This document shows, piece after piece, positions 49,896 through 60,156 of a DNA stretch of 64,000 nt (positions within the stretch are counted from its first letter, which is position 1; each line of letters begins with the position of its first letter). Source of the stretch: Escherichia coli (GTDB lineage Bacteria; Pseudomonadota; Gammaproteobacteria; Enterobacterales; Enterobacteriaceae); assembly GCF_965641715.1 (NCBI RefSeq), contig NZ_OZ282453.1; one strand, 5' to 3'. The translations under genes were made by a program, and so were the position numbers. A model generated the notes under the pieces. The model saw nothing but the letters and a program-made list of their open reading frames with translations. It was not told the origin of the DNA and did no database searches.

Positions 49896-52645
49896 CTGGT
49901 CAGGCCACCCCGCAGCAGGTCTGCTTTGCGGCTGGCGCGTTCAGTGGTTTCACTGATTCTCTGTGCGTGCTCTGCGTCGCGGATGGCGCGCAGCATGTCA
50001 GAAAGCACGGTAACGGGTGTTTTCATGGTGTTCTGGTCCTGCTGAAGTGTGGATGCCAGGCGTGCGGCGGCTTCAGGGTCTGATGCCCCCAGCTGTGCCA
50101 GATAGCTGGCGACCGGGTTATGGCGGATCTCCGTGCTGCTTACGCCATGATTACGGCTCAGGCGCTGCCAGAGCTGCGTGATTCGGCTGTCCGGGCGGGT
50201 ATCCGGTTTGCGTACAATTTCAAATCCCTGCGGTGCAATGATGCTGCCGTCAACGTACAGACTGCCGCCCCGTAACAGGTGCTGCATCTGTTGTTCACCG
50301 ATATGCAGGCCGAGAGATTCAGCAGACTCCCGCCATTCTTTAGCGAGTAATTCGTGGTTATCAGGCAAAGGCCGTGGCTGTTTGCGGCTCTGTGTCCAGC
50401 TCTGCATTTCATCACTGCTGTTTTTTGCCTGTTTGTCACGAAGCGAACGCATCAGCGCCCGGCGTTCGTGCCGTTTCAGTGAGCGCATCCATTCGTTCAC
50501 GTCAACGCCGTCAGGAAGCTGCGGCCACGGTGCTGGCCGTTCTTTCGACTGTTCTGTCCCGCTGTTGCCTGTTTCCTGTACACGGGGACAGTTATTGCCA
50601 CGAGTCCAAGGGGCGGCAGGGCCGCCCTGAAGGTCAAAACCATTTTCGCGGGCGCTGTCTTCCGTTTCCGGTTTACGTCTTACCAGTTTCCAGTTATCCG
50701 GATGCGTGCACACACGGGAGGATTCCCCGATGAGTGGTGACCAGATCCCGTAAATCTGTACGCTCTGTTCGCCGTAATCATTCAGCTCATCTGCGAGGTC
50801 GTAGGCGGTGCGAATCAGGTAGTCTTTGCGTGGAACAAGTACGCCGCCCTGTTTTTCAATGTAGGTGGCAAAACACCCGGCATCGGCGGCAGCGAGTACC
50901 GCATCCATTGCGTCATCTTTCAGTCGTTGCGGGCCTTCCGGGTTGCGTGCCATCTGGCTGGCAAGGCGGCGCAGTTCACGCCACACCTGACGGGAGGGGA
51001 TGCCAAAGAACTGGAACTGGCGGACCCGATGAAGGCGCGCCCAGCCGATGGCGCGCTCCACACTCTCGGCCATTGATTTTCCGGTTTCGTGGTCAACGCG
51101 TGGCTTGCCCGTTTTCGGGTCGATGCCATCCACGGCGCGGCTGTCCAGGTTCTTTCCGATGTAGGTCGCGATATAGCTGGTTGGTGTGCCTTTTGAGCCG
51201 TCGACATACTCCGCCTTAAAGCGCGGAGTAATATCATTGCCCAGCTCGTGGCGGTCTTCCTGAATGGCAATATCGCGGGTGATGGCCACGATGCTGTCGA
51301 TTTCTTCCGGATGAGCAAAGACCATCATATGCCAGTGCACGGTGCCGTCATGGTGAGGCTCCACCGTGCGGATGCCATACCAGCGAAGACCGTCGCGGTT
51401 CAGTTTTTTGCGGACCGCCGCAAAAAACGTGTTAACCAGGTAATCGCTGGAGTCGCGCATGGTGGCCCCGTTCCATTTGGGATTCGGATGACCGTTCTCT
51501 GTTGTGGCGTGGTATTTTGACGGGCAGGTGACAGTCAGAAACACCGCTTTGTCGCCACGGGCTTCGGCCAGAAGTTCCAGCCCCTTCATGGTGGCCATCA
51601 TTTCTGCCTTACGGTGAACCGGGTTACTTACTCCCGCGTAATACACCGTCTCGAGATCAATCGTGAACCCGTCTTCATTTTCCAGCATGAAACTTTTCAG
51701 GAAATCGCGTGTTTTCTCGCGCTGTGCGCGAAACTCGCTTAACGCGTCCTGGCTCAGATAGGGCGATGTTTTTCTGGAAACCAGACAGGCGGCGCGGAGT
51801 TGTTCTTCTCTCCACTCGCAACGTAACAGCCACAGTTTGCGTTTCCACCATTCTGCACAGGTCAGGCGAAGGATTGCGCCCGGCAGCAGCTCCGTGTCCG
51901 GTTCGTTCCTCTGGTCTTTGTCTGTTGTCAGTGCGTCATAATGTGGAGGCATGGCGTGCAGGTGTAACGCCATGCGGGCCAGCATCTGATACGCCTTCAG
52001 CGTTACATCCATGGTCAGTTCGCCATCGGTCGCGCCAAAGCCATCGCAGAGTTTTTCGAAGGTGCTGCTGAACATCGCCGCCGTCATGGTGGCCAGTGTC
52101 TGTATCTGGTGTTTGTTGAGCTGCGGCAGGTAAAGCAAATCGTCCAGGCGTTCGCGTCCGGCAAGGGAGCGATAACCCTGTGTCAGCCAGCGGTGATCGG
52201 TGCGCTCCAGACGTTCGAATATTTTGCGCAGGTTTCCGCGCGCGTAGCGTTCAGCCTGCCAGCTCTTTTTGCCTTTCTGACGATCGGCTTCCTGTTTTTT
52301 GCGCAGGAAGGAGAGGTGGCGAATAAGCGGATCGCGCAGATAGGACGGCAGCAGGCGCAGCGAGGCCATGGCTTCATCCACCGCGCCGCGTGCCTGTTTT
52401 CTGGCATCTCCTGCCAGTGTGATGGTTTTGTCCTGTTTTTCCTGTGCGTCCAGGCTTTTATTAATCAGGTTGCCCAGCGGCGTTGCGGAGAACGCCGCAT
52501 CAGCCATTTCCTGGCGGTGCTCGTTCTCTACCCGGTAGGCATCCAGCCAGGAGGAAAGCGCGGATTCAGGAGCGGGGATCCCCGTTCCTTCACGCCCCAC
52601 TGCGTGGCGCGGTTGTTGCCAGTCCCTGATGTACTCTGCCGTCAT
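49823..52645 (-). CDS. A: Replication initiation endonuclease (P2 gpA family)
   Basis: 940 aa; large early protein with a tyrosine-containing segment (TSYIATYIGKN) of the rolling-circle initiator type; last gene of the early operon. Confidence 0.75.
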   Translation of the reverse strand: MTAEYIRDWQQPRHAVGREGTGIPAPESALSSWLDAYRVENEHRQEMADAAFSATPLGNLINKSLDAQEKQDKTITLAGDARKQARGAVDEAMASLRLLPSYLRDPLIRHLSFLRKKQEADRQKGKKSWQAERYARGNLRKIFERLERTDHRWLTQGYRSLAGRERLDDLLYLPQLNKHQIQTLATMTAAMFSSTFEKLCDGFGATDGELTMDVTLKAYQMLARMALHLHAMPPHYDALTTDKDQRNEPDTELLPGAILRLTCAEWWKRKLWLLRCEWREEQLRAACLVSRKTSPYLSQDALSEFRAQREKTRDFLKSFMLENEDGFTIDLETVYYAGVSNPVHRKAEMMATMKGLELLAEARGDKAVFLTVTCPSKYHATTENGHPNPKWNGATMRDSSDYLVNTFFAAVRKKLNRDGLRWYGIRTVEPHHDGTVHWHMMVFAHPEEIDSIVAITRDIAIQEDRHELGNDITPRFKAEYVDGSKGTPTSYIATYIGKNLDSRAVDGIDPKTGKPRVDHETGKSMAESVERAIGWARLHRVRQFQFFGIPSRQVWRELRRLASQMARNPEGPQRLKDDAMDAVLAAADAGCFATYIEKQGGVLVPRKDYLIRTAYDLADELNDYGEQSVQIYGIWSPLIGESSRVCTHPDNWKLVRRKPETEDSARENGFDLQGGPAAPWTRGNNCPRVQETGNSGTEQSKERPAPWPQLPDGVDVNEWMRSLKRHERRALMRSLRDKQAKNSSDEMQSWTQSRKQPRPLPDNHELLAKEWRESAESLGLHIGEQQMQHLLRGGSLYVDGSIIAPQGFEIVRKPDTRPDSRITQLWQRLSRNHGVSSTEIRHNPVASYLAQLGASDPEAAARLASTLQQDQNTMKTPVTVLSDMLRAIRDAEHAQRISETTERASRKADLLRGGLTSGNKKQTETGFTNPINEQKTCRDI

Positions 52646-52651
52646 AGTGAT

Positions 52652-53017
52652 TTACTTCGTCATGCCATTCAGGGTGTCGCGGCAGACTGTAGCCAGCCGC
52701 TGAATTTCCAGCACGGTGTCTTCTGTGTCGGCATGGCGATGTGTGATGCGGATGCTGTCGGCAATCACATCGACGATTGCAGAGGATGGGCGCTGGTAAA
52801 TGCCAATAACGGACGGGGTGCCACCTTCAATGCGGTAAAGCCTGTAATTTCCCTCGTGGCTGTCAATCATGTAGCGACCATCAATAACAATCTTTCCGTC
52901 AGCGAGCTGCGGTACAGGCAGGGATTTCAGGTACATGTCATAACGATCACGCACGCGAGCGGCAAGATCACGTTCTGTGTTGAGCAGGTATTCAAGAAAG
53001 TCGTTGGCGAGAATCAT
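52652..53017 (-). CDS. Hypothetical early protein
   Basis: 121-aa ORF immediately upstream of gene A on the same strand. Confidence 0.5.
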   Translation of the reverse strand: MILANDFLEYLLNTERDLAARVRDRYDMYLKSLPVPQLADGKIVIDGRYMIDSHEGNYRLYRIEGGTPSVIGIYQRPSSAIVDVIADSIRITHRHADTEDTVLEIQRLATVCRDTLNGMTK

Positions 53018-53089
53018 TGCGGCAATCCTCTTGTTACAGATGTGCGAAGGCCTCCCGCCGCAAGGTGCAGGAAAGGCCCGGAACAGGAG

Positions 53090-53320
53090 TTAATGGAGTT
53101 TGTTTTGCTGCTGGATGAGCTGTTGAAGCTCGTGCAGATCATCCGCCAGATAGCTGAAAACAGAGGCGGAATAAATGTTTGATAGTGCGTGGCTGCGCTC
53201 ATGCAGCATATTGATGTGCATGATTTGCGCGACGCGTGATGCGCGGGAAAGTCTGCGGTTGATTTCAGTCTGGATGTGACGACGCTCCGCGATAGCGCGG
53301 TGTGGTTTGCGGTTTGCCAT
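53090..53320 (-). CDS. Hypothetical early protein (small, basic)
   Basis: 76-aa ORF in the early operon. Confidence 0.4.
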   Translation of the reverse strand: MANRKPHRAIAERRHIQTEINRRLSRASRVAQIMHINMLHERSHALSNIYSASVFSYLADDLHELQQLIQQQNKLH

Positions 53321-53642
53321 GGTGTGGCCCCTTGTGTAGTAAGTTGTGAAAACTCACCATCCAGAGCTGCGAAACTGTGGGTGGCGAGACGTACGAGGTT
53401 CGCAGTACCGGCTACACAAGAACCCGGCCCGACCGAAGTCGGCCCCGTACGCCCCGCCATAATTCTGACGCGAAAAAAACGTGGCAATACAGTACGCACA
53501 AAAAAACCGCTGGCGCGGTTGTGCGCTTGTGTAGTCAGCAGGCTGCGAAACCCGGCACCCGTTTTGTGAGGTGCAGCGGAAATGTAACCTGACTGATTGC
53601 GGCATGGCAAGCGGTTTTTTTGTGTGTGCATGTTCTGGTTTC

Positions 53643-53942
53643 TTAGTGGTTCAGAAAAAAATCAAAAACCTTGTCAATGCGTTGCAGCAGCTCTTGCTGT
53701 ATTGCTTCCGGCGTTTCCGGTTCGCCTGGCGCCTCCAACGTCGCGCAGAAATCCTCGATTTCATGACGGAGCGTCAGGCGAATGGCGAGAGGTGTGGTTC
53801 TGGCGTGCTCCAGCTCATCCAGCAGCGCCAGCACAGCAGACGGCGAGAGCATTGCGCGAAACGCCAGTAATTTTTGAGGCGTTGCCATTCGTTGCAGGTC
53901 AGTCGCCAGTTCGCGTAATTCCTGGTGGTTGATGGCGCTCAT
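53643..53942 (-). CDS. Hypothetical early protein
   Basis: 99-aa ORF, start overlapping the upstream gene's stop. Confidence 0.5.
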   Translation of the reverse strand: MSAINHQELRELATDLQRMATPQKLLAFRAMLSPSAVLALLDELEHARTTPLAIRLTLRHEIEDFCATLEAPGEPETPEAIQQELLQRIDKVFDFFLNH

Positions 53943-54184
53943 GCTCTGGCTTCCTTCAGTAGCTGGTTAAACATGTTGGTAAGTGGATTGCCGCACCCGA
54001 ACGGCATCGGGTTTATCTGGTAAGAAAAGCGACCGCCTGTTTTGCGCTCTTTTCTTATGACTGAACCGCTGCGCCAGAGTCGGCGTAACTCCGCATTAAT
54101 GGCTGTGGTTGGGGTATTCAGTGCTGCGGCGATTTCTCCACCGCTACACCCCGGATTGGCGGCGATATAGTCCAGAATGGTCAT
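53939..54184 (-). CDS. Hypothetical early protein, possible winged-helix DNA binder
   Basis: 81 aa, MTILDYIAANPGCSGGEIAAALNTPTTAINAELRRL, an HTH-like pattern. Confidence 0.5.
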   Translation of the reverse strand: MTILDYIAANPGCSGGEIAAALNTPTTAINAELRRLWRSGSVIRKERKTGGRFSYQINPMPFGCGNPLTNMFNQLLKEARA

Positions 54185-54384
54185 CTGCGTGACTCTTGTA
54201 CCTGTCGGATAAGGTTCACCCGCACCACATTCGTGGCGCAGAAGTAAGTGCCGTCAGTGAGATAGATGTGATGTGCATCCTTTTCTGAACGGTGTTTGTC
54301 GATTGTGGTAATCAGGCGTTCGTCGACTTCGTATTCACGCCCTCTGGAGGTAAAACGAACGACAGGAAAATGCTTAATTGCCAT
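54181..54384 (-). CDS. Hypothetical early protein
   Basis: 67-aa ORF, translationally coupled in the operon. Confidence 0.45.
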   Translation of the reverse strand: MAIKHFPVVRFTSRGREYEVDERLITTIDKHRSEKDAHHIYLTDGTYFCATNVVRVNLIRQVQESRR

Positions 54385-54579
54385 TACGCCTCCTTGGCGT
54401 GTGCGAATACCTCCGCGAATGCGGATTGTTTTACATTTTCTTATTTAATCTGTGGTTTTATTTGCTCTGTTATTCGCCAGTGAAAAAGCGTTCAATCTTT
54501 TTTATTGAATGAATAATTCGCATAATCCCAATAGCGCAGGCCACCGAAATAATCAGAACAAGCCATGAGATAAATATAC

Positions 54580-54825
54580 TCATGCGATATTCCCCAGCTT
54601 ATACGGTTCAATATGTTCCCCGCACTCTGCGGCACAGATCAGCTCGGAAAGTTCGTTAAGTGCATCCAGATCATCAGCGTAAAAAGCCACGTCATACAGA
54701 CTTCGGATTGCTCTGGTCAATGAGTCACGGGCCGCACGTTCAGCATGAGCGCCTGATGCACTTAAGCGAAAATAAAAACGCTCAAGTGCTTTGTTAATGA
54801 GAGTTTTATATTCTTTGCCCATCAC
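54580..54825 (-). CDS. Hypothetical early protein
   Basis: 81-aa ORF in the early operon. Confidence 0.45.
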   Translation of the reverse strand: MMGKEYKTLINKALERFYFRLSASGAHAERAARDSLTRAIRSLYDVAFYADDLDALNELSELICAAECGEHIEPYKLGNIA

Positions 54826-54833
54826 AACGCCCT

Positions 54834-55121
54834 TTAATCTGCTTTCTGTATTTCAGCTTCTGAATCCATACAAATAATTTCGATATAGGGTTCATCGCCA
54901 TTAACCTGGCGTGCCTTTTCAGCTTCGCTAATGATTTCTCGTACGGTCTGGTACGGAAGTTCCACAAGCAGTCGCGTGCCGTTCAGATAAACGTAAGTGG
55001 CTTCGTCGGCTCCGTTTTTACCCGCCGGAGTTACTCCGTCAATAGCGGATGCACGTAATAACAGTTCACCGCGAAAATCAATAAAACGGATAAATACACC
55101 TTGTGCATGGTCTTTGGTCAT
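54834..55121 (-). CDS. Hypothetical early protein
   Basis: ~95 aa from MTKDHAQGVFIRF; the track ORF overextends upstream. Confidence 0.45.
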   Translation of the reverse strand: MTKDHAQGVFIRFIDFRGELLLRASAIDGVTPAGKNGADEATYVYLNGTRLLVELPYQTVREIISEAEKARQVNGDEPYIEIICMDSEAEIQKAD

Positions 55122-55131
55122 AAAGCACCTG

Positions 55132-55473
55132 TTATAAATCAGCCTGTTTAATAAAACTTTGCCCGCGAAGCAGACGATCAACCGTGCGAAGTGCTTCGTA
55201 TAATGTGAAATCCTGCCCGAACTGATTGTCGCCACTGCTTAGAGCAAAAATGCGGTTTCCGGTAAACGGATTGCGTGGGCATTTGTGGATCACGATTCCA
55301 GCTTTCTCAATCAGCCAGGCATGCTCGCCGATTTGTTTTACTGGGTAGCCATCCGGCGTTGCATGTGTATCACTCAGGCTGTAGCGGATGTTGCTGCGTG
55401 ATGCACTGGTAGCAAAACGGTTAGCGTGGCGTTCTGCACCATTGCGAAAGCGTGAATTACGTTGCTGTTTCAT
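55132..55473 (-). CDS. Hypothetical early protein (in the position of P2 gene B)
   Basis: 113-aa ORF. Assignment is positional only. Confidence 0.4.
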   Translation of the reverse strand: MKQQRNSRFRNGAERHANRFATSASRSNIRYSLSDTHATPDGYPVKQIGEHAWLIEKAGIVIHKCPRNPFTGNRIFALSSGDNQFGQDFTLYEALRTVDRLLRGQSFIKQADL

Positions 55474-55725
55474 GTTAAAGACTCTGTACAGATTTAATTA
55501 TTCCGGCATAGAGGCCGAACTCAAAATATTTGCGATTAAATCGCATCGCATTGTTTTCACGTTTTGCGGACTGCTGGTTCATTTTCGTTTGCCTCCGCAC
55601 ATGAGAATTGCGCCGCTTAAGAGGTAACCGAAGTTAATTGATAGTATTACAATTAACATAAGGTCCAATTTGTCCATGCCACACATAATTACCCTCATTG
55701 CAGTAGTTGCGGGTTGTCAGGTTTC

Positions 55726-55932
55726 TCACCCGATAAACCAGATAACAAACGCTATAAACATCGCCCCAATAGCTGCCGGGAAAAGTCCTTTGGTATAAGC
55801 GGCGATATATTCAATGCTGAGTTCAATAAAGCGTTCTTCATGTCCCGTTAACTTGCGAAACAAATAGATCTCTATTACGCCTATCTCAATAAAAACAAGG
55901 GTCAGAATGGCGCTGATGATATGGCTGGTCAT
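55726..55932 (-). CDS. Small membrane protein
   Basis: 68 aa with two hydrophobic helices; directly downstream of cox. Confidence 0.45.
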   Translation of the reverse strand: MTSHIISAILTLVFIEIGVIEIYLFRKLTGHEERFIELSIEYIAAYTKGLFPAAIGAMFIAFVIWFIG

Positions 55933-55938
55933 TTATGA

Positions 55939-56226
55939 CTAAAGTCCCAGCCACAACAACCATGCGTCGCGGCGTTCTTTCGGTTGCTCAAAAAACGCTT
56001 TGCGCATGCCTTCGTTAAATGCTGGCAGATATACCCAGTTTTCTGATGCACGCGTCTTTACTGAACCTGGTTTCACAAAGTCAATTGTCGGTAGCTTTGC
56101 TGCGTCAATCATGGTTCTGACTGTGGATTCCTTGCGGCCGATCATCTTGGCGAATAGTTGATATGGCACCGCTTCAAGTGGATATGGTGCTACCTGAATG
56201 AACCCCCCAAGCTCTGATTCGCTCAT
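55939..56226 (-). CDS. cox: Cox-like excisionase / early transcriptional regulator
   Basis: ...VPYQLFAKMIGRKESTVRTMIDAAKLPTIDF...NWVYLPAFNEGMRKAF...RRDAWLLWLGL parallels P2 Cox throughout. Confidence 0.85.
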   Translation of the reverse strand: MSESELGGFIQVAPYPLEAVPYQLFAKMIGRKESTVRTMIDAAKLPTIDFVKPGSVKTRASENWVYLPAFNEGMRKAFFEQPKERRDAWLLWLGL

Positions 56227-56300
56227 TGTGGTAATCTCCCTAATTCGTTCGAATGGCTCAAAATGGCTTATATCGGCTTATTTGAGTGTTTTTATGTTTG

Positions 56301-56346
56301 TGCCCGATGTGGCATGTTGCGATGGAGGATATGCCCGATATGGCAT
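56301..56346. promoter_or_regulatory. Immunity-switch operator: two 15-bp direct repeats between cox and C
   Basis: tgcccgatgtggcat (56301..56315) and tgcccgatatggcat (56332..56346), directly repeated as expected for a P2-type C repressor operator. Confidence 0.55.
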
Positions 56347-56357
56347 CTTTGTCAAGC

Positions 56358-56660
56358 ATGGGTGAAAAATTTCGCCTGATTCGTGAAGCAGAAGGTATGA
56401 CCCGCCAGGAGTTTGCGGATTGTGTTGGGCTGCCTTATGGGACGGTAACTAACTATGAGGTGAGGGGGAAGCAAGTAACAGAGGGTGCCTTACTTAAGGT
56501 TACGAAACACCCTAAATTTAAGAAGTATGCTTATTGGTTATCAACAGATGAAACGATGCCGGAGGTCGGGCAAATTTCTCCGGCTCTCTCTCTTGATGGT
56601 TCCTGCAATTCGGAGGGAGATCGCGTTTCAACCGAAAAAATCCAAAAATTATCCCGCTGA
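56358..56660 (+). CDS. C: Immunity repressor C (HTH)
   Basis: 100 aa from MGEKFRLIREAEGMTRQEFADCVGLPYGTVTNYE...KYAYWLSTDE...GQISPALS, parallel to P2 C. The track ORF (from 56286) would run through the operator repeats. Confidence 0.75.
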   Translation: MGEKFRLIREAEGMTRQEFADCVGLPYGTVTNYEVRGKQVTEGALLKVTKHPKFKKYAYWLSTDETMPEVGQISPALSLDGSCNSEGDRVSTEKIQKLSR

Positions 56661-56756
56661 GGCCAGAAAACTGGTTAGACCTGCTTTTTGTCTGGTCTGA
56701 TTATTGCTGGAAAGAGGCTGGAGAAATTGTAGAGCGGTTCATTGGAGGGCTTCGTA

Positions 56757-57761
56757 ATGTCGATTAAGAAGCTCGAAGATGGTCGTTATTTGCTGGACAT
56801 CAGGCCGAACGGACGCAAGGGAAAGCGCGTGCGTAAGGTATTTGACAAAAAATCGGTAGCGGTGGCCACTGAACGCTACATCATGGCGAACGCTGAAAAG
56901 CGGGAATATATACAGGGCTACCGTGATCGTCGAACGCTAAATGATTTGCTTGAGTTGTGGTGGATGTATCACGGCCAGCACAGGCGTAAGGCGGAAGAAG
57001 ACCGAAAACAACTGCGCAACATAATCAATGAGCTTGGCGCTGATATGCAGGCTGTGGATCTTGATAAGCTGAAAATTATCGCGTGGCGTTCTCAAAAGAT
57101 AGCTGAAGGATTGAAACCGTCATCTGCTAACAGGTACATGAATCGGTTATCCGGAATGTTTACCGTGCTGAAAAAAATAGGTCTTTGGGATGCAGAACAT
57201 CCAGTAAGGGGAATTTCTATTCTTTATGTATCTCCACGAGAAATGGCGTTCCTGTCACAGAAGGAAGTGGCGCTATTGCTCGATACACTGGAGGGCGACT
57301 ACTGGCGTGTTGCGCTTTTGTGTTTAAGCACAGGGGCGCGCTGGAGTGAAGCTTGTAAGCTTCGTGGTGAACAGATAGTTCATAACCGTGTAACGTTTCT
57401 TGAAACCAAAAATGGCCGGAAGAGAACAGTGCCAATTTCGCAGGCAGTTTGTGAGGCGATCAAAACCAGAGAAACAGGCGGCTTGTTTGAGGTGAAGTAC
57501 CGGGAATTCTGCCTGGCGCTGAAAAGAGTTAAGCCCGACTTACCAAAAGGCCAGGCTGCACATGTGCTGCGGCATACGTTCGCCAGCCATTTTGTGATGA
57601 ACGGAGGAAACATTATTGCGCTTCAGAAGATTCTTGGTCACGCAACCATTCAGCAAACAATGGCATATGCGCATTTTGCACCGGATTACCTGCAGGATGC
57701 GGTGGCCCTTAATCCGCTGAAAGGTGGCGTAAGTGTCCACGCAGTGTCCACGGGGGATTAA
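56757..57761 (+). CDS. int: Tyrosine integrase (P2 Int family)
   Basis: MSIKKLEDGRYLLDIRPNGRKGKR...LSTGARWSEA...HVLRHTFASHFVMNGGNI...MAYAHFAPDYLQDA; catalytic R, H-x-x-R and Y present; 3' end faces the attachment site. Confidence 0.9.
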   Translation: MSIKKLEDGRYLLDIRPNGRKGKRVRKVFDKKSVAVATERYIMANAEKREYIQGYRDRRTLNDLLELWWMYHGQHRRKAEEDRKQLRNIINELGADMQAVDLDKLKIIAWRSQKIAEGLKPSSANRYMNRLSGMFTVLKKIGLWDAEHPVRGISILYVSPREMAFLSQKEVALLLDTLEGDYWRVALLCLSTGARWSEACKLRGEQIVHNRVTFLETKNGRKRTVPISQAVCEAIKTRETGGLFEVKYREFCLALKRVKPDLPKGQAAHVLRHTFASHFVMNGGNIIALQKILGHATIQQTMAYAHFAPDYLQDAVALNPLKGGVSVHAVSTGD

Positions 57762-57919
57762 TTTTATATAGCCTGAAACGGCTTAAAGGGCGATACTGAA
57801 TAACAATTTTTCAGTATTGCCCGTCTAAATGGTTATGTTGTTATCTGTATGATTATTAATGTTTTTTCAGATTAAACAGCAGTTTGCAAATGGGCGTTTG
57901 TTGATAAAGGAGCCTTAGA

Positions 57920-59077
57920 TTGTCAGAGACTGAAAAAGGGTTAAAAATCCTTGTTGATGAAAATATGCCTTATGCCCGCGACTTATTTAGCCGTTTGGGT
58001 GAGGTGACCGCGGTTCCCGGGCGTCCAATCCCCGTCGCTCAACTGGCAGACGCGGATGCGCTGATGGTGCGTTCGGTCACGAAAGTGAATGAATCTTTGC
58101 TGGCAGGAAAACCCATTAAATTTGTTGGCACTGCCACTGCGGGGACCGACCATGTCGATGAAGCATGGTTGAAGCAGGCGGGAATTGGTTTTTCCGCTGC
58201 ACCTGGCTGTAATGCGATTGCGGTGGTGGAATATGTTTTCTCCTCCCTGCTGATGCTTGCCGAACGCGATGGATTTTCACTGCACGAGCGTACCGTGGGG
58301 ATCGTGGGCGTTGGTAATGTTGGTCGGCGTTTACAGGCACGACTGGAAGCGTTAGGGATTAAAACCTTGCTTTGCGATCCGCCTCGCGCTGACCGTGGGG
58401 ATGAGGGTGATTTCCGCTCGCTGGATGAATTAGTTCAGCATGCGGATATTCTGACTTTCCATACGCCACTTTTCAAAGACGGGCCGTACAAAACGCTGCA
58501 TCTGGCGGATGAAAAACTGATCCGTAACCTGAAGCCAGGAGCGATTCTGATTAACGCCTGCCGTGGCGCAGTCGTCGATAATACCGCGCTGCTGACCTGC
58601 CTGAATGAAGGCCAGAAGTTAAGCGTAGTGCTGGATGTCTGGGAAGGCGAACCGGAACTTAACGTGGAGTTGCTGACAAAAGTGGATATCGGCACGCCGC
58701 ATATTGCAGGCTATACCCTGGAAGGTAAAGCACGCGGTACTACGCAAGTGTTTGAAGCCTATAGCAAGTTTATTGGGCATGAACAGCACGTTGCGCTGGA
58801 TACATTACTACCCGCGCCAGAGTTTGGTCGCATTACACTGCATGGCCCGCTCGATCAACCGACGCTGAAAAGGCTGGTGCATTTGGTGTATGATGTGCGC
58901 CGCGATGACGCACCGCTGCGTAAAGTCGCCGGGATACCGGGTGAGTTCGATAAACTGCGCAAAAACTATCTTGAGCGCCGTGAATGGTCATCTCTGTATG
59001 TAATTTGTGATGACGCCAGTGCGGCATCATTGCTGTGTAAACTGGGTTTTAACGCCGTTCATCATCCGGCACGTTAA
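57920..59077 (+). CDS. pdxB: Erythronate-4-phosphate dehydrogenase; 5' end supplied by the prophage
   Basis: D-2-hydroxyacid dehydrogenase with [11 protein letters not shown] motif. The frame opens at a TTG (57920) preceded by AAGGAG (57908..57913), giving an SETEKGL N-terminal extension ahead of the native KILVDEN. Confidence 0.85.
   Translation: MSETEKGLKILVDENMPYARDLFSRLGEVTAVPGRPIPVAQLADADALMVRSVTKVNESLLAGKPIKFVGTATAGTDHVDEAWLKQAGIGFSAAPGCNAIAVVEYVFSSLLMLAERDGFSLHERTVGIVGVGNVGRRLQARLEALGIKTLLCDPPRADRGDEGDFRSLDELVQHADILTFHTPLFKDGPYKTLHLADEKLIRNLKPGAILINACRGAVVDNTALLTCLNEGQKLSVVLDVWEGEPELNVELLTKVDIGTPHIAGYTLEGKARGTTQVFEAYSKFIGHEQHVALDTLLPAPEFGRITLHGPLDQPTLKRLVHLVYDVRRDDAPLRKVAGIPGEFDKLRKNYLERREWSSLYVICDDASAASLLCKLGFNAVHHPAR
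57944..57963. repeat. Right attachment-site core (20-bp direct repeat) inside the pdxB 5' end
   Basis: aaaatccttgttgatgaaaa, identical to 21531..21550. Confidence 0.7.
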
Positions 59078-59142
59078 TCTCTTCTTCATGCTCTCTGCTG
59101 TAACATTGGCAGGGAGCTTTGCTATTTCTGGAGTAAACCACC

Positions 59143-60156
59143 ATGTCTGAAGGCTGGAACATTGCCGTCCTGGGCGCAACTGGCGCTGTGGGCGAAGCCC
59201 TGCTTGAAACGCTGGCTGAACGTCAGTTCCCGGTTGGGGAAATTTATGCACTGGCACGTAACGAAAGCGCAGGCGAACAACTGCGCTTTGGTGGTAAGAC
59301 AATCACCGTGCAGGATGCTGCTGAATTCGACTGGACGCAGGCGCAGCTGGCATTTTTTGTCGCAGGCAAAGAAGCTACCGCTGCCTGGGTTGAAGAAGCG
59401 ACCAACTCAGGTTGCCTGGTGATCGACAGCAGCGGACTGTTTGCTCTCGAACCCGACGTACCGCTGGTGGTGCCGGAAGTAAACCCGTTTGTACTGACCG
59501 ATTACCGCAACCGGAATGTCATCGCCGTACCGGACAGTCTGACCAGTCAGTTGCTGGCGGCACTGAAACCGTTAATCGATCAGGGCGGTTTATCACGTAT
59601 CAGCGTTACCAGCCTGATTTCAGCCTCCGCCCAGGGCAAAAAAGCGGTCGATGCGTTAGCGGGGCAGAGTGCGAAATTGCTCAACGGCATTCCGATTGAC
59701 GAAGAAGATTTCTTCGGGCGTCAGCTGGCGTTCAACATGCTGCCGTTACTGCCGGATAGCGAAGGTAGCGTGCGTGAAGAACGTCGTATCGTTGACGAAG
59801 TACGCAAAATCCTGCAGGACGAAGGGCTGATGATTTCGGCAAGCGTCGTCCAGGCACCGGTATTCTACGGTCATGCCCAGATGGTCAACTTTGAAGCACT
59901 GCGTCCGCTGGCGGCAGAAGAAGCGCGTGATGCGTTTTCTCAGGGCGAAGATATTGTGCTCTCTGAAGAGAACGAATTCCCGACTCAGGTAGGGGATGCT
60001 TCGGGTACGCCGCATCTTTCTGTTGGCTGTGTGCGTAATGACTACGGTATGCCGGAGCAAGTCCAGTTCTGGTCGGTGGCCGATAACGTTCGCTTTGGCG
60101 GCGCGCTGATGGCAGTAAAAATCGCCGAGAAACTGGTGCAGGAGTATCTGTACTAA
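59143..60156 (+). CDS. usg: Aspartate-semialdehyde dehydrogenase paralog
   Basis: 337 aa with N-terminal [10 protein letters not shown]; conserved pdxB-usg-truA order. Confidence 0.85.

Larger units (their letters stand above)
21551..57943. mobile_element. P2-like myovirus prophage (~36.4 kb) inserted in the 5' end of pdxB
   Basis: Bounded by the 20-bp direct repeats; integrase next to the right end, ogr and cargo at the left end; near-complete P2-type gene set in between; interrupts the flk-pdxB adjacency. Confidence 0.85.

Noticed and set aside
53014-53631. 205-aa minus-strand ORF spanning the GC-rich gap in the early operon
   Set aside because: Ser/Thr/Arg/Ala low-complexity translation without protein-like features; it overlaps the more plausible 76-aa ORF. 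Treated as non-coding.
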